Origin: Acinetobacter phage vB_AbaSt_W16
Reading direction: 5' to 3' (one strand)
Length of the DNA stretch: 64,000 bases
Sequence record: PP174317.1
Shown: positions 9,857 through 19,136 of the stretch, in pieces
How the letters are laid out: each line of letters begins with the position of its first letter
Position numbering within the stretch: the stretch's first letter is position 1
Translations under genes and position numbers: made by a program
The notes under the pieces: generated by a model
Told to the model about the DNA's origin: nothing
Databases searched by the model: none
Seen by the model: only the letters and a program-made list of their open reading frames with translations

Positions 9857-11017
9857 TTATTTACTATTAGGACGTCGTAAAATAGACAAAGCTGATTCAA
9901 GTGCTTGAATATCACCCAAAAGAAGTGTTGCCCTTGAATTTGCTTCTTTTGCTTTTTCCACATAGTCTTTATGCGATCGCATTAAAGAATCATGTTTTGA
10001 TTTCATATCTTTAATACGTTCTTCAAGTTGGTCATCCAACGACTTGAGCAAGTCAAGAGGTGATCGAGCCTCAATTGTACTAGTGGCGATACGACCGGCA
10101 CTAGGCTGTACTAATGGTTGAACAATATTTGGACTAATTCTATCGTATGGATTTTTAAAAATATCGATACCTGTACCTAATGGTGGAATAGTTACATTTG
10201 ATACAATCATATCATTTACCTTGGATGACGATTTAAAAATAACATCTAAATAATTTTCGCCAACTGCCGTTGCAGATAAATTTGGGCACATATTTAAGAA
10301 TGTTAACCAACGGCGTTGATATTCTGTTGATCGATGTTGTACAGTACGATAATCATGTGATCGAAATGCAGAACGATTTGAATCACATGAATAAACAAAA
10401 CGCAATCTTACACCGCTAAGTTGTTTTTCAATATAAATTTTCATATCATATGATGCACGAATACATCGACCCGACGAACTTTTTGAAATATAATGTGCGC
10501 CTTCTACATCACGAGAATTTGCTCGAGACCAACGTGCTTCCATTGGTACAAGTCGCGGCATATTTTCTAAGAACAAATCATTTAAAACATCAGCTGGATT
10601 TGTATCATTAGACCACCAATGTGTATGAGCTAAACCATTTAAAATAATAGATTTTTGCTTAGCTAAAGGTGTAACATTTTTAGCAAATGCATTTAAACGA
10701 GCACGTACTACTTTATCTGCGAACCATCGAGAACGAATAATACGCTTGGCAATAACATTAACATTGTTTAAGTGAATATCGCGTTCTAAATTAATAACAC
10801 TTCTAATAAGACGTTCAATTTCTGGAGCAATCGGTGCAGAAGGCTCACCAAATCGAGTTATGGCATTAGTCAAATATACAATGTACTGGCTTTTAACAGT
10901 ATGTGATAACGGAGTATAACTTTTTGCATCTCGTTTGATAGGTCCATTTAATTGAGTGATAACATCTTTAATAATAGTTGTAAGTTTGTTCTCAAGCTCT
11001 TTACGTATGTGTAGCAT
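9857..11017 (-). CDS. hypothetical Arg/Ser-rich protein with a C-terminal coiled coil
   Basis: 386 aa; no competing ORF on the other strand; no motif recognised; structured leader upstream. Confidence 0.6.
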   Translation of the reverse strand: MLHIRKELENKLTTIIKDVITQLNGPIKRDAKSYTPLSHTVKSQYIVYLTNAITRFGEPSAPIAPEIERLIRSVINLERDIHLNNVNVIAKRIIRSRWFADKVVRARLNAFAKNVTPLAKQKSIILNGLAHTHWWSNDTNPADVLNDLFLENMPRLVPMEARWSRANSRDVEGAHYISKSSSGRCIRASYDMKIYIEKQLSGVRLRFVYSCDSNRSAFRSHDYRTVQHRSTEYQRRWLTFLNMCPNLSATAVGENYLDVIFKSSSKVNDMIVSNVTIPPLGTGIDIFKNPYDRISPNIVQPLVQPSAGRIATSTIEARSPLDLLKSLDDQLEERIKDMKSKHDSLMRSHKDYVEKAKEANSRATLLLGDIQALESALSILRRPNSK

Positions 11018-11042
11018 TTTTAAATCCTCAAAACAATTATTT

Positions 11043-11071
11043 CCGTCCTACGGACGAGGGGCGAAGCCCCT
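11043..11071 (-). other. two adjacent GC-rich hairpins in the 5' leader of ORF 9857..11017 (CGTCC-tac-GGACG and AGGGGC-gaa-GCCCCT)
   Basis: Perfect short stems in an otherwise AT-rich intergenic region. Confidence 0.5.
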
Positions 11072-11121
11072 ATATCTATCCCGGCCTAAAGAGACAAACC
11101 AATGGGCCAACCTTCGGTTTT

Positions 11122-11152
11122 ATTATACACACTTTTTAATGGAAAGCGAGTT
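11122..11152 (-). promoter_or_regulatory. candidate promoter: extended -10 TGTGTATAAT with an upstream CTCGCTTTC element resembling a T4 MotA box
   Basis: Minus strand reads ...aactCGCTTTCcattaaaaagTGTGTATAATaaaacc about 95 nt upstream of the ATG at 11017. Confidence 0.45.
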
Positions 11153-11179
11153 AATATCAACTTTCCATTAACTGTTTGT

Positions 11180-11893
11180 TTATTTTTCAGTCAAATCTAT
11201 AAGAATTGACGCGCCGGCATCTAATGCAACATCAATATTAGCAAAACGTGTATCATGCCATTCATTTTTTGCAGAATTCCATACTAATAAAATATTTTTA
11301 ATACGACATTGACGATATTGATAAACTGTACGTTGATGCCATGACCCTCTGGTTGGCCACTGCAACACATATTCAACTTTATTATGATTGTCTTTAAATT
11401 TTTGCCAATCCCAATATTCTGGTTTTTTGAATAAAACAGTTTTAGATGATTTTGGTCGACTTTCAATTGATATAATTGTATGAATACCGAATTCACCGTA
11501 TGGCACATTATCTGCAATACATTCATAAATCGTATCACGAATTTCTTCTAAGATATCGTCACCGTATTCTTCATACGCTTCATCACTTTCAAGATCGATG
11601 CCATATAAAGCCAAAACCGTCCAACGTACTGTTTTATATGCTTCATCGCGATCATCATATTCATCACGACCCCAATTGTGTAATGTATCTACTTTAGGCA
11701 TTTGCAATGCAACAATAAGAGCGGCCATAAATTCTTCAAAAGTTTTATCTACAACTCCTGGTACATTAGCAAAAGAATATTCGCTGGCTTTGATAAAAAC
11801 TTCAGTATCTCCAGGAGTATAATCAATAGTTGTATTGATATAATCCGCGTCGTTTGTATCGCCTGTGATTAGATATTCATGTGTATGTTTCAT
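11180..11893 (-). CDS. hypothetical protein, paralog family A/B (shares the W.D..FA.IDVAL.A motif with ORF 12684..13565)
   Basis: 237 aa; C-terminal NEWHDTRFANIDVALDAG matches YRWFDPEFAHIDVALAAA in the 293-aa ORF. Confidence 0.55.
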   Translation of the reverse strand: MKHTHEYLITGDTNDADYINTTIDYTPGDTEVFIKASEYSFANVPGVVDKTFEEFMAALIVALQMPKVDTLHNWGRDEYDDRDEAYKTVRWTVLALYGIDLESDEAYEEYGDDILEEIRDTIYECIADNVPYGEFGIHTIISIESRPKSSKTVLFKKPEYWDWQKFKDNHNKVEYVLQWPTRGSWHQRTVYQYRQCRIKNILLVWNSAKNEWHDTRFANIDVALDAGASILIDLTEK

Positions 11894-12180
11894 TTGTAAA
11901 AGTCCTGTGCTAATGATAAAATTGCTTTTCGCATACGACGATTTTTCTTAATCATCTTTTTATGCCATTTCATATAACGCTTGTGTAATGCAAGTAAAGG
12001 TTCTGCATCTTCAGGTGCATCAAAAACCTGGAGTATAGTATGCTTCATATATCGTCTTGGCACTTTAGATGAAGTTTCTACCATCACCATTGCACCTTCA
12101 TCCGCAATAACTTTAAATGTATGATCGATAATAACTTCAGTGTCATATTTGACAATTATATATTTGCCAACTAAGCTCAT
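11890..12180 (-). CDS. hypothetical protein
   Basis: 96 aa; overlapping start/stop with neighbours. Confidence 0.4.
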   Translation of the reverse strand: MSLVGKYIIVKYDTEVIIDHTFKVIADEGAMVMVETSSKVPRRYMKHTILQVFDAPEDAEPLLALHKRYMKWHKKMIKKNRRMRKAILSLAQDFYK

Positions 12181-12683
12181 TTTGGATCAACTCCATAAAA
12201 TTTATTACAAAACTCCATTAAATTATCACGAGATTCAAAGGCCTCATCTGTAATAGAATCTAACATTTTACTACGAGCTTCTGGGTCCATAGTGCGTAAT
12301 GGTGATAACAATTCAGACAGTTTGCGAGCTGAACGTCGAGCAATTTGTTGCTTTGCTTCATGTTCATACCATTTTTTGATTTCATCTATTTCTGCTTCTT
12401 CAACAATAAAATCTGGTACCATTAACCCTACACTCATATGCGAGTCTTGTGTATAACGAGTTTCTCCTTTCTTTTTATAGCCAAATACGTAACGATATTT
12501 GCCATCAAGAATACTAATTGATGCATAATCATCCATTTGGCCATCTAATTTATATCGAAGTTGAAGATCATTTATGCGACCAAAGGTAAATTCTTTGAAT
12601 ACATCAGTTAAGAATGTTGTACGCTTCTTTAAAAAATTAATGTGTTCTTGAAACTGCTTGGCAGAATATTGTTGACGACTCAT
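12177..12683 (-). CDS. hypothetical protein
   Basis: 168 aa; begins immediately after the TAA of the upstream gene (TAAATG). Confidence 0.45.
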   Translation of the reverse strand: MSRQQYSAKQFQEHINFLKKRTTFLTDVFKEFTFGRINDLQLRYKLDGQMDDYASISILDGKYRYVFGYKKKGETRYTQDSHMSVGLMVPDFIVEEAEIDEIKKWYEHEAKQQIARRSARKLSELLSPLRTMDPEARSKMLDSITDEAFESRDNLMEFCNKFYGVDPK

Positions 12684-13565
12684 TTAAATTTCCTCATACT
12701 CAATTAGAGTTTTACCATTAAATTTGCTACGATGTTCCTTGTACTTGTAGCCCACATATTTTGCAGCATCTTTACGACTATACAAAATATTATCAATAAC
12801 TACATAATCATCAAGATTGCCGAATGTGCCGAAGCCTTCTGAAGGAATCCAGTTCTCCATCGCTTCAAGGTAATTATTTGCACACGTACGGAAAGTATTA
12901 CACTTTCTATACTTGACGTTGTTTCGTATTTTACGGCAAATCTTACTAATATGTACACCGCCTTTTGAATGTTTTCTAATCAAACGAACAACATTATTTT
13001 TCGCACGACGGTACCCTTCCCAATTGCAATGACGATGAATAGGATCATACCAAGCTGCAGCCAATGCAACATCAATATGTGCAAACTCTGGGTCGAACCA
13101 ACGGTAAACCGTATTACTCTGACTAAGAGTCTTAAGCTTATGATATGAAACATGTTTTGTATCAATCCAAAGCTCAATACCTGTTTCAGGGTCTAAATCG
13201 TCTTCAGGATCATAATCATAATTATAGTCAAAATAGTTCATCATATCGGATGAACATGCATCAAATGCAGTATCATCCCAAGATGTTCCAAATGGTGCGT
13301 AATCAATAGACCATTTATACTTAACAGCTTCATACGTAAAGTGTGAACCACAACGACTAACTTCAGCAATCATAGAACGAGTTAAATTGAGGCTATTCTC
13401 TTCTGCGAAATACATAATTTCATCAAAATCAAGAGGATGCATCGCTTTTTCACATTTTGCATTTAGTGTTTTACACAGAGCAATAGCTTCACTTGCTTCG
13501 GGTAAAATACAAACAATATTTTTGTGATGCTCGTAATCCTTTAAAAACACAACAAAATGATTCAT
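12684..13565 (-). CDS. hypothetical Cys-rich protein, paralog family A/B
   Basis: 293 aa; motif FAHIDVALAAAWYDP shared with ORF 11180..11893; C-terminal Cys/His cluster. Confidence 0.55.
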   Translation of the reverse strand: MNHFVVFLKDYEHHKNIVCILPEASEAIALCKTLNAKCEKAMHPLDFDEIMYFAEENSLNLTRSMIAEVSRCGSHFTYEAVKYKWSIDYAPFGTSWDDTAFDACSSDMMNYFDYNYDYDPEDDLDPETGIELWIDTKHVSYHKLKTLSQSNTVYRWFDPEFAHIDVALAAAWYDPIHRHCNWEGYRRAKNNVVRLIRKHSKGGVHISKICRKIRNNVKYRKCNTFRTCANNYLEAMENWIPSEGFGTFGNLDDYVVIDNILYSRKDAAKYVGYKYKEHRSKFNGKTLIEYEEI

Positions 13566-13581
13566 TTAACTCTCCAATAGT

Positions 13582-13887
13582 TTAAGTAGAAGATTGTCTT
13601 TCTTTATAATATGATGATACAACATTTGGATTAATCTTGCCTTGTGTCAATTTCATCACATAATGAATAAAAAACTTCTCGTCCATTTCCATAATGTCAA
13701 TTTTATTTTCTGTAAAATATTCATCCAAATGTGGTTTACTAAATGTAAAGTAATCATATGTTAATGCATTTTGACGAACATATTCCATTGCATTTGGGCG
13801 ATGTTTATTTTCAGTGTATACTTTAGCGCTAATCATTCCCCAAGCATACATTTCTTCAAAGTTTTTAGGTTCAGTGCGTAATGACAT
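13582..13887 (-). CDS. hypothetical protein
   Basis: 101 aa. Confidence 0.4.
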   Translation of the reverse strand: MSLRTEPKNFEEMYAWGMISAKVYTENKHRPNAMEYVRQNALTYDYFTFSKPHLDEYFTENKIDIMEMDEKFFIHYVMKLTQGKINPNVVSSYYKERQSST

Positions 13888-14128
13888 TTTGAATAGCCTC
13901 GATAATTTTTGGATAATTTGAACGAATATTAACTTTTAAACCCTTTGAGGTAATTTCAATTTTAATTCTACAAATCGATTCATAACCTCGTACGAATTCT
14001 GTACACATATAATTTTGTGTATAATGAATTTCTACATCATTTGGATACCCAAATTCTGCCAAAATTGCATTTGTTACTGCTTCTTTAATAGCATATTCGT
14101 ACGCCAGTACTCGATTTATTAAACTCAT
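13871..14128 (-). CDS. hypothetical protein
   Basis: 85 aa. Confidence 0.4.
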   Translation of the reverse strand: MSLINRVLAYEYAIKEAVTNAILAEFGYPNDVEIHYTQNYMCTEFVRGYESICRIKIEITSKGLKVNIRSNYPKIIEAIQNVITH

Positions 14129-14184
14129 ATTGATTTCCTCATTTGGAATTTCATGAAATTATATCATGAAATTCCAATAATGTG

Positions 14185-15237
14185 TTAACGTAATTGTGTT
14201 ACTTCTGCAATTTCTTTCCAATTATGTTCATCAGTTTTAACAAAACTTGCAAGATATAATGCTGTACGTAAACTAACATTACGTAAGCGAGAAATATTGG
14301 ATTTCATCCACTCTAAAATTTCTAAAGTTTCAGATTCAAGTAATCCTGCTTTAAACATCATATCAGTATTTAAAATTACGTCTTCAACACGGACCATAAT
14401 TTCTTCGTTTGTATGAACACCTAAATCAAGATAAACTGAACGTGAAATAAGAGCATCTAAATGTGGAGCCAACTTGCTTCCACGAGACAATTCACGATCA
14501 AAATCAACATTTGAAATAAACACAATTGTACCTTCAAATTCAAATTCAAGTGGAATTCCTTCATCTTTAAGGTAAGATGAAGCAGTAGACCAACATACTT
14601 TACGAGTTTCAGAAGTATCCAACGCTGCTTTAAGAAGATTTAAAGCGTCTTCTGAAGAAAATACATCAACATCATCAAGAACTAATACAGAATTTGAAGA
14701 AGCGCATTCAAATAACTTGCAATATAACCCAATTGGAGACATTTTACCATTTAAAATAGTATATTCAATTTCACCCGCATCATCAGCAGCTTGTAAATCA
14801 CGATTTAATGTAAATGTTTTACCAATTCCAGGCGCACCAGAAATAATCAATGAGCGAATTGATTTATTAATAATGCCTTTAGTCATCATATCCATAACTG
14901 AAAAACGCTTATTAATACGAGCACGCATTTCTTCAGCAGTTTCTGATGGTGCAACAGGAGTAGGTGCTGCAACTGCTTTGAAAGTATTTGTCATACGAGC
15001 AACAGGTTCAGCATTAACTGCTTGATAAATTTTGTTAAACTGAATTTGTTCGCTTAATTCAAAATTACCTAAATCAACCCAAACACCTTGCACTTTACCA
15101 TCGATTTCAACAAAAAACTTAACATCGCCTTTTGCGTAATGTGGTTTTGTTTCAGGATACCAATTATTAACAACTTCATACGTGCCTGAAACATATTTGC
15201 CACGTAAGATGCCGTTTGTAATAGTAACTGTTGCCAT
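14185..15237 (-). CDS. AAA+ family ATPase
   Basis: 350 aa; Walker A GAPGIGKTFT, Walker B VLVLDDVD, arginine-finger region; N-terminal ~110-aa extra domain. Confidence 0.7.
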   Translation of the reverse strand: MATVTITNGILRGKYVSGTYEVVNNWYPETKPHYAKGDVKFFVEIDGKVQGVWVDLGNFELSEQIQFNKIYQAVNAEPVARMTNTFKAVAAPTPVAPSETAEEMRARINKRFSVMDMMTKGIINKSIRSLIISGAPGIGKTFTLNRDLQAADDAGEIEYTILNGKMSPIGLYCKLFECASSNSVLVLDDVDVFSSEDALNLLKAALDTSETRKVCWSTASSYLKDEGIPLEFEFEGTIVFISNVDFDRELSRGSKLAPHLDALISRSVYLDLGVHTNEEIMVRVEDVILNTDMMFKAGLLESETLEILEWMKSNISRLRNVSLRTALYLASFVKTDEHNWKEIAEVTQLR

Positions 15238-15347
15238 GATAATTTACTCAGTGTTTGTTCATTTGATGTAGTTATTATACAGAAAAGCCCAGGCAATGTA
15301 AACTGCCTGGGCGATAAAAAGTTAAATATTTACGTATATTTTTACCA

Positions 15348-15641
15348 TTACATTGTCCCTAATCCAACAATAATTAATAATGCAGCAACTAAACCTAACC
15401 AATTTATCATTGAACTTAATTTAGTAATTGCAGTGTATTTTGGTGGTGCATAATTTGGATATGTACGTGGCAATTGAAAATATAAATCTGTTTTCAATCG
15501 AGTACAAGGGGCTTCGCCCTGGTGTTTACCCAAATCAATCCAAAGTGTTTGAACCGATCCATTATAACGAATCGATTTGATTTTACCGAATCGACATTTG
15601 CGCCATACAAATACAGTTTGATTTTCTTTAAATTTACTCAT
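15348..15641 (-). CDS. hypothetical protein with a C-terminal transmembrane helix
   Basis: 97 aa; C-terminal LGLVAALLIIVGLGTM is hydrophobic; contains the intragenic GC hairpin at ~15505-15520. Confidence 0.4.
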   Translation of the reverse strand: MSKFKENQTVFVWRKCRFGKIKSIRYNGSVQTLWIDLGKHQGEAPCTRLKTDLYFQLPRTYPNYAPPKYTAITKLSSMINWLGLVAALLIIVGLGTM

Positions 15642-16636
15642 TTCAATTTGTACTCCAATTTAATTTGTTCAAGGTATACATCTTCAATAAATTTATCCCA
15701 AAATTTGGTGTCAACTTCTGCAGGCATACCATTTTTAGATGCTTCAATTGCTAAACGATCAACATCTGAAATTGTATCTTCTAAAATTTCAGATACTTCT
15801 TTGAAACTCAATTTACCGAGTTTAATGTCTAAAAGTAATTTTGCATCTTTTAATGGATATTGTAAATCGCCAGTTTTGTATATTTCTTGCAACTGGAATC
15901 CACCTCGAATCGCATGATGCATAGATTTCCAATCAACACCTTGATTTAATTCAGCTTGACGCGCACGTGCGCCATATTTTTCCCATTGTTTTTTAATTGC
16001 GGATACAAATGACGCTAAGGATACAGTTAGTTGATGCTTTGCACCTAATACTTCATAAAATACTTGACCTGTATCTTCATTTGTTACTGTAAAGCAATAT
16101 TCATTTTGTGGAAGTTTATCAATTACACGATCTAATGTAAAAGACTTCCAACCATACGGCGAAGGTCGATCATATCCAACTTCTTCTTTTGATACAATTT
16201 CCCATACTTCTCGCAGCGCTGCCATACGAGTGCCTTTAATACCATATTTTGATGCTTGCTTTTTAACATAGCCCAAATACGCTTTCATATCAGTAGTATA
16301 GAAACGATGACGATTATTATAAATGAAATCCCATGGTTCCATATAGTCATAATCAATAATATGTTGTGTATTAGAATGCAACATATCTAATGCAATTGTT
16401 TCACCTTTAACCGCCATTGCAATAAACTGTTTTAAAGAATACATTTCTTCGTCAACATCATTTGCAGTATTTTTAACATTATCGCCTGCGGTATTATTTA
16501 AATAATGTTCAACAGGATTACCTAAGATCAAGTCTCGAGCACCTGGAATAAAAATACCTTTGATATCTGTATCACTTTCAGGTGTTTGTGTCCCATATAA
16601 AGCAGAACCAAACACAGTCTTCATAATTAAACGCAT
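15638..16636 (-). CDS. Pol-beta superfamily nucleotidyltransferase domain protein
   Basis: 332 aa; N-terminal FGSALYGTQTPESDTDIKGIF fits the hG[GS]x9-13Dh[DE]h nucleotidyltransferase signature; helical C-terminal region. Confidence 0.6.
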   Translation of the reverse strand: MRLIMKTVFGSALYGTQTPESDTDIKGIFIPGARDLILGNPVEHYLNNTAGDNVKNTANDVDEEMYSLKQFIAMAVKGETIALDMLHSNTQHIIDYDYMEPWDFIYNNRHRFYTTDMKAYLGYVKKQASKYGIKGTRMAALREVWEIVSKEEVGYDRPSPYGWKSFTLDRVIDKLPQNEYCFTVTNEDTGQVFYEVLGAKHQLTVSLASFVSAIKKQWEKYGARARQAELNQGVDWKSMHHAIRGGFQLQEIYKTGDLQYPLKDAKLLLDIKLGKLSFKEVSEILEDTISDVDRLAIEASKNGMPAEVDTKFWDKFIEDVYLEQIKLEYKLK

Positions 16637-16737
16637 ATTATCTTACTCATTAAAAACACAAAAACATGATACTGTAAATTATATTAAATGTACACCCTAT
16701 AAATGAAAAAAGAGGAAAATAAATTTCCTCTTTTTAA

Positions 16738-16995
16738 TTAAATTGAAATACGAATATTAGCTCGCCAAACACCTGAAGAGTATTCAACACGGAATGGCAA
16801 TTCATCACTAAACACTAATTCACCCGTAAATGGTCTAGATTTAACAGTTTTAATTGTTTTATCCGGCCAAATAAATTTCGCAACAGGTACTTTAAAAAAT
16901 GAGTCCATTTCAACTTCAGCACGAAATTGTACTCGCTCACCTTCTACCCAATAATAATTGGTGTGTTTTAGATCAATTATTGGTAATTCAGACAT
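16738..16995 (-). CDS. hypothetical protein
   Basis: Start assigned to the internal ATG (MSELPIIDL...), forming an ATGA overlap with the upstream ORF's stop; the tracked ORF extends to 17043. Confidence 0.4.
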   Translation of the reverse strand: MSELPIIDLKHTNYYWVEGERVQFRAEVEMDSFFKVPVAKFIWPDKTIKTVKSRPFTGELVFSDELPFRVEYSSGVWRANIRISI

Positions 16996-16996
16996 T

Positions 16997-17476
16997 TTAA
17001 TCCTTAAATGTAATTTTTGGACAAATTTTAGAGTGCTTTGCATGCAAATATTTAATTACAATATTATCAGATTGTTTAATTGTATCTGTAATAGAAGCAC
17101 TACCTTTATTTAGCCACCATTTATGAATAATATGTAATACTAAAAACATACCACATACAATTCCAAAAGCTGCAGCACAAGCAAATGCAATGCCTAAGGC
17201 GCCCAAAATTGCTAAAACCGGATACCAACCCCAATGATTAAGATGTTGAGATTGATCAAAAAATAAATTTAATGCATATTTTTGTTCAAGCCCTGCAGCC
17301 ATACCTAAACCTACTGCTGAACATATAAACACACCAAATACAACTAATGCTATAATAACTAGCAATCGCCATGTTAATGCACGAATATATGGACATAAAT
17401 TTTCCGGAACTGGTTTAAATGAAGGCAAAAACGTTTTAATAAGTGAATAATGCCATGATGTTTTACTAATATTCAT
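16997..17476 (-). CDS. integral membrane protein (2-3 transmembrane helices)
   Basis: 159 aa; hydrophobic segments LLVIIALVVFGVFICSAVGLGMAAGL and VLAILGALGIAFACAAAFGIVCGMFLVLHII. Confidence 0.5.
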   Translation of the reverse strand: MNISKTSWHYSLIKTFLPSFKPVPENLCPYIRALTWRLLVIIALVVFGVFICSAVGLGMAAGLEQKYALNLFFDQSQHLNHWGWYPVLAILGALGIAFACAAAFGIVCGMFLVLHIIHKWWLNKGSASITDTIKQSDNIVIKYLHAKHSKICPKITFKD

Positions 17477-17481
17477 AATAA

Positions 17482-17748
17482 TTACCTCAATTGCGAATCT
17501 TTACATCCGCGTCTATTAACATATGATAACACTTGTTTATCATAAACGGCTTGACAATTTATACAATATTGTACACCTTTTACGGCGAGTCGTCTACCCA
17601 ATGGAATCACCGCGTCACAATCTTCGCATAATTCATTTGATTCTCTTTTCGATGCCAACTCTAGTTCAAGACGTGCCCAATCTACTGCATCATCAATAGT
17701 GGCTTGATTAGTTTCAAAAACACCATCATTTGGGCCCCAGCCGTTCAT
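17482..17748 (-). CDS. DksA/TraR-family C4 zinc-finger protein
   Basis: 88 aa; CEDCDAVIP....CINCQ four-cysteine motif typical of the TraR/DksA C-terminal domain. Confidence 0.7.
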   Translation of the reverse strand: MNGWGPNDGVFETNQATIDDAVDWARLELELASKRESNELCEDCDAVIPLGRRLAVKGVQYCINCQAVYDKQVLSYVNRRGCKDSQLR

Positions 17749-17780
17749 AATAAATTACTCATCACTATAAAGTAAGAATA

Positions 17781-18083
17781 TTATAATGAAGTTTTAATTA
17801 TTTGTACACTCTTTTTAGGTTTAATTTCAACATTTTTCTCCTTTACGTATTGTTTACCTGTATTATACCCAGCCACCGAACAATTTTGGGTACATTCGTT
17901 AGAAGACCATTTTGCTTGCAAAAAAGAATAGAAACGTTCTGATTCTGCTTTGCTAGGTTTTTTAAATTGCGAATAAACTTCTAGGGCACCTTCGACAAAG
18001 TTATTAAACTCTTTGTCATTTGCTTGTGCCGCAGAAGACATTAGACATAGTATAAATGCACACAATAATAAAATAGATTTCAT
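17781..18083 (-). CDS. secreted small protein (Sec signal peptide)
   Basis: 100 aa; N-terminus MKSILLLCAFILCLMSSAAQA with an AQA cleavage site. Confidence 0.5.
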   Translation of the reverse strand: MKSILLLCAFILCLMSSAAQANDKEFNNFVEGALEVYSQFKKPSKAESERFYSFLQAKWSSNECTQNCSVAGYNTGKQYVKEKNVEIKPKKSVQIIKTSL

Positions 18084-18379
18084 TGATACTCTCCTCTATG
18101 AGGGTTCAACTGCAAGCATGTACTCATAAATCTTTGATCAAAATTATTATAAATCCATGCTAATTTTACAACATTATTGCGGTCAACAGTAGATTCATAA
18201 TCCGATCTAATGCCCCGTAAAATTTTACGATTTGGGCAAAGCTGTGAGTTGTATACCCTATAAGAAAACGCTAAAGAGTCCACTTCGCGTTCATATGTTT
18301 TTGTTTTTATTGTAGGAATGTTATAAATCCCAATTCCAATTGCTGTTATTACAACAAGTGATAATGTAATTTTTTTCAT
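18080..18379 (-). CDS. signal-anchored periplasmic small protein
   Basis: 99 aa; N-terminal hydrophobic helix ITLSLVVITAIGIGIY. Confidence 0.5.
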   Translation of the reverse strand: MKKITLSLVVITAIGIGIYNIPTIKTKTYEREVDSLAFSYRVYNSQLCPNRKILRGIRSDYESTVDRNNVVKLAWIYNNFDQRFMSTCLQLNPHRGEYQ

Positions 18380-18810
18380 TATTTTTGCTCTGGCAATGGC
18401 CCTGCATTTTCAAATTTATATGTAACATGCTCATTTGCAGTGTCCCAAACTCGAAAAAACATTGGACGTTTACAATCTATGAATAGATTGTCCATCTGAT
18501 CCCTAGATGGGATGTCTATAAGTGAAGTACCTGAAATAGCCCCGGTGGTATTAATACCACATGTACGCATATTAAAAATACCGTAACGTACTACTTGTCT
18601 AACTCCCTTTGAATTGATAAATGATATACCAAAGTTATCACTATCTCTATCATATACAATTTCAGCAAAGGGCATTAATACGGCTGTTGGCTTAGACTGA
18701 TCTATTTTTGTGCCATATATTGCATATAATGATGGGGTTAATTGTTCCCAGGCAAAAACGCCTGGGCTTACTAAGAAAAGTAGGCTAAGTAAAACAGCCT
18801 TTATTTTCAT
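18379..18810 (-). CDS. secreted protein (signal peptide)
   Basis: 143 aa; MKIKAVLLSLLFLVSPGVFA signal peptide. Confidence 0.5.
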   Translation of the reverse strand: MKIKAVLLSLLFLVSPGVFAWEQLTPSLYAIYGTKIDQSKPTAVLMPFAEIVYDRDSDNFGISFINSKGVRQVVRYGIFNMRTCGINTTGAISGTSLIDIPSRDQMDNLFIDCKRPMFFRVWDTANEHVTYKFENAGPLPEQK

Positions 18811-19136
18811 CTGTCTAAAAGTCCTGTAATGTATTTTAACATTAATTGGTTTCTATAAGTATCACAAATTTTTCTGTCTTCTGCATGTTCACAGAAAGTT
18901 TGTAATGTTTTAGCTTTCCGATTAATTAATGTTCCGATTGAAGCCGGGTCTCTTTCATTTAAACCGAGATAATACATCCCATCTAATTGAATTGAGACCA
19001 GATCTGAACATTCTTTATCAATCGAACAAACCATACTTGCAGCTTTTGATGTTTGTTTATCCGATGCCGTATTTTGAGCATACACAGGCATTGAAATAAT
19101 CATGCAGAACACTGCAATTATGTTGATAAGTTTCAT
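18807..19136 (-). CDS. secreted Cys-containing small protein (signal peptide)
   Basis: 109 aa; MKLINIIAVFCMIISMPVYAQ signal peptide; 6 Cys in the mature part. Confidence 0.5.
   Translation of the reverse strand: MKLINIIAVFCMIISMPVYAQNTASDKQTSKAASMVCSIDKECSDLVSIQLDGMYYLGLNERDPASIGTLINRKAKTLQTFCEHAEDRKICDTYRNQLMLKYITGLLDR

Noticed and set aside
15069-15296. 75-aa minus-strand ORF overlapping the start of the AAA ATPase gene
   Set aside because: Overlaps the ATPase N-terminus in another frame and extends into the intergenic region without an RBS.
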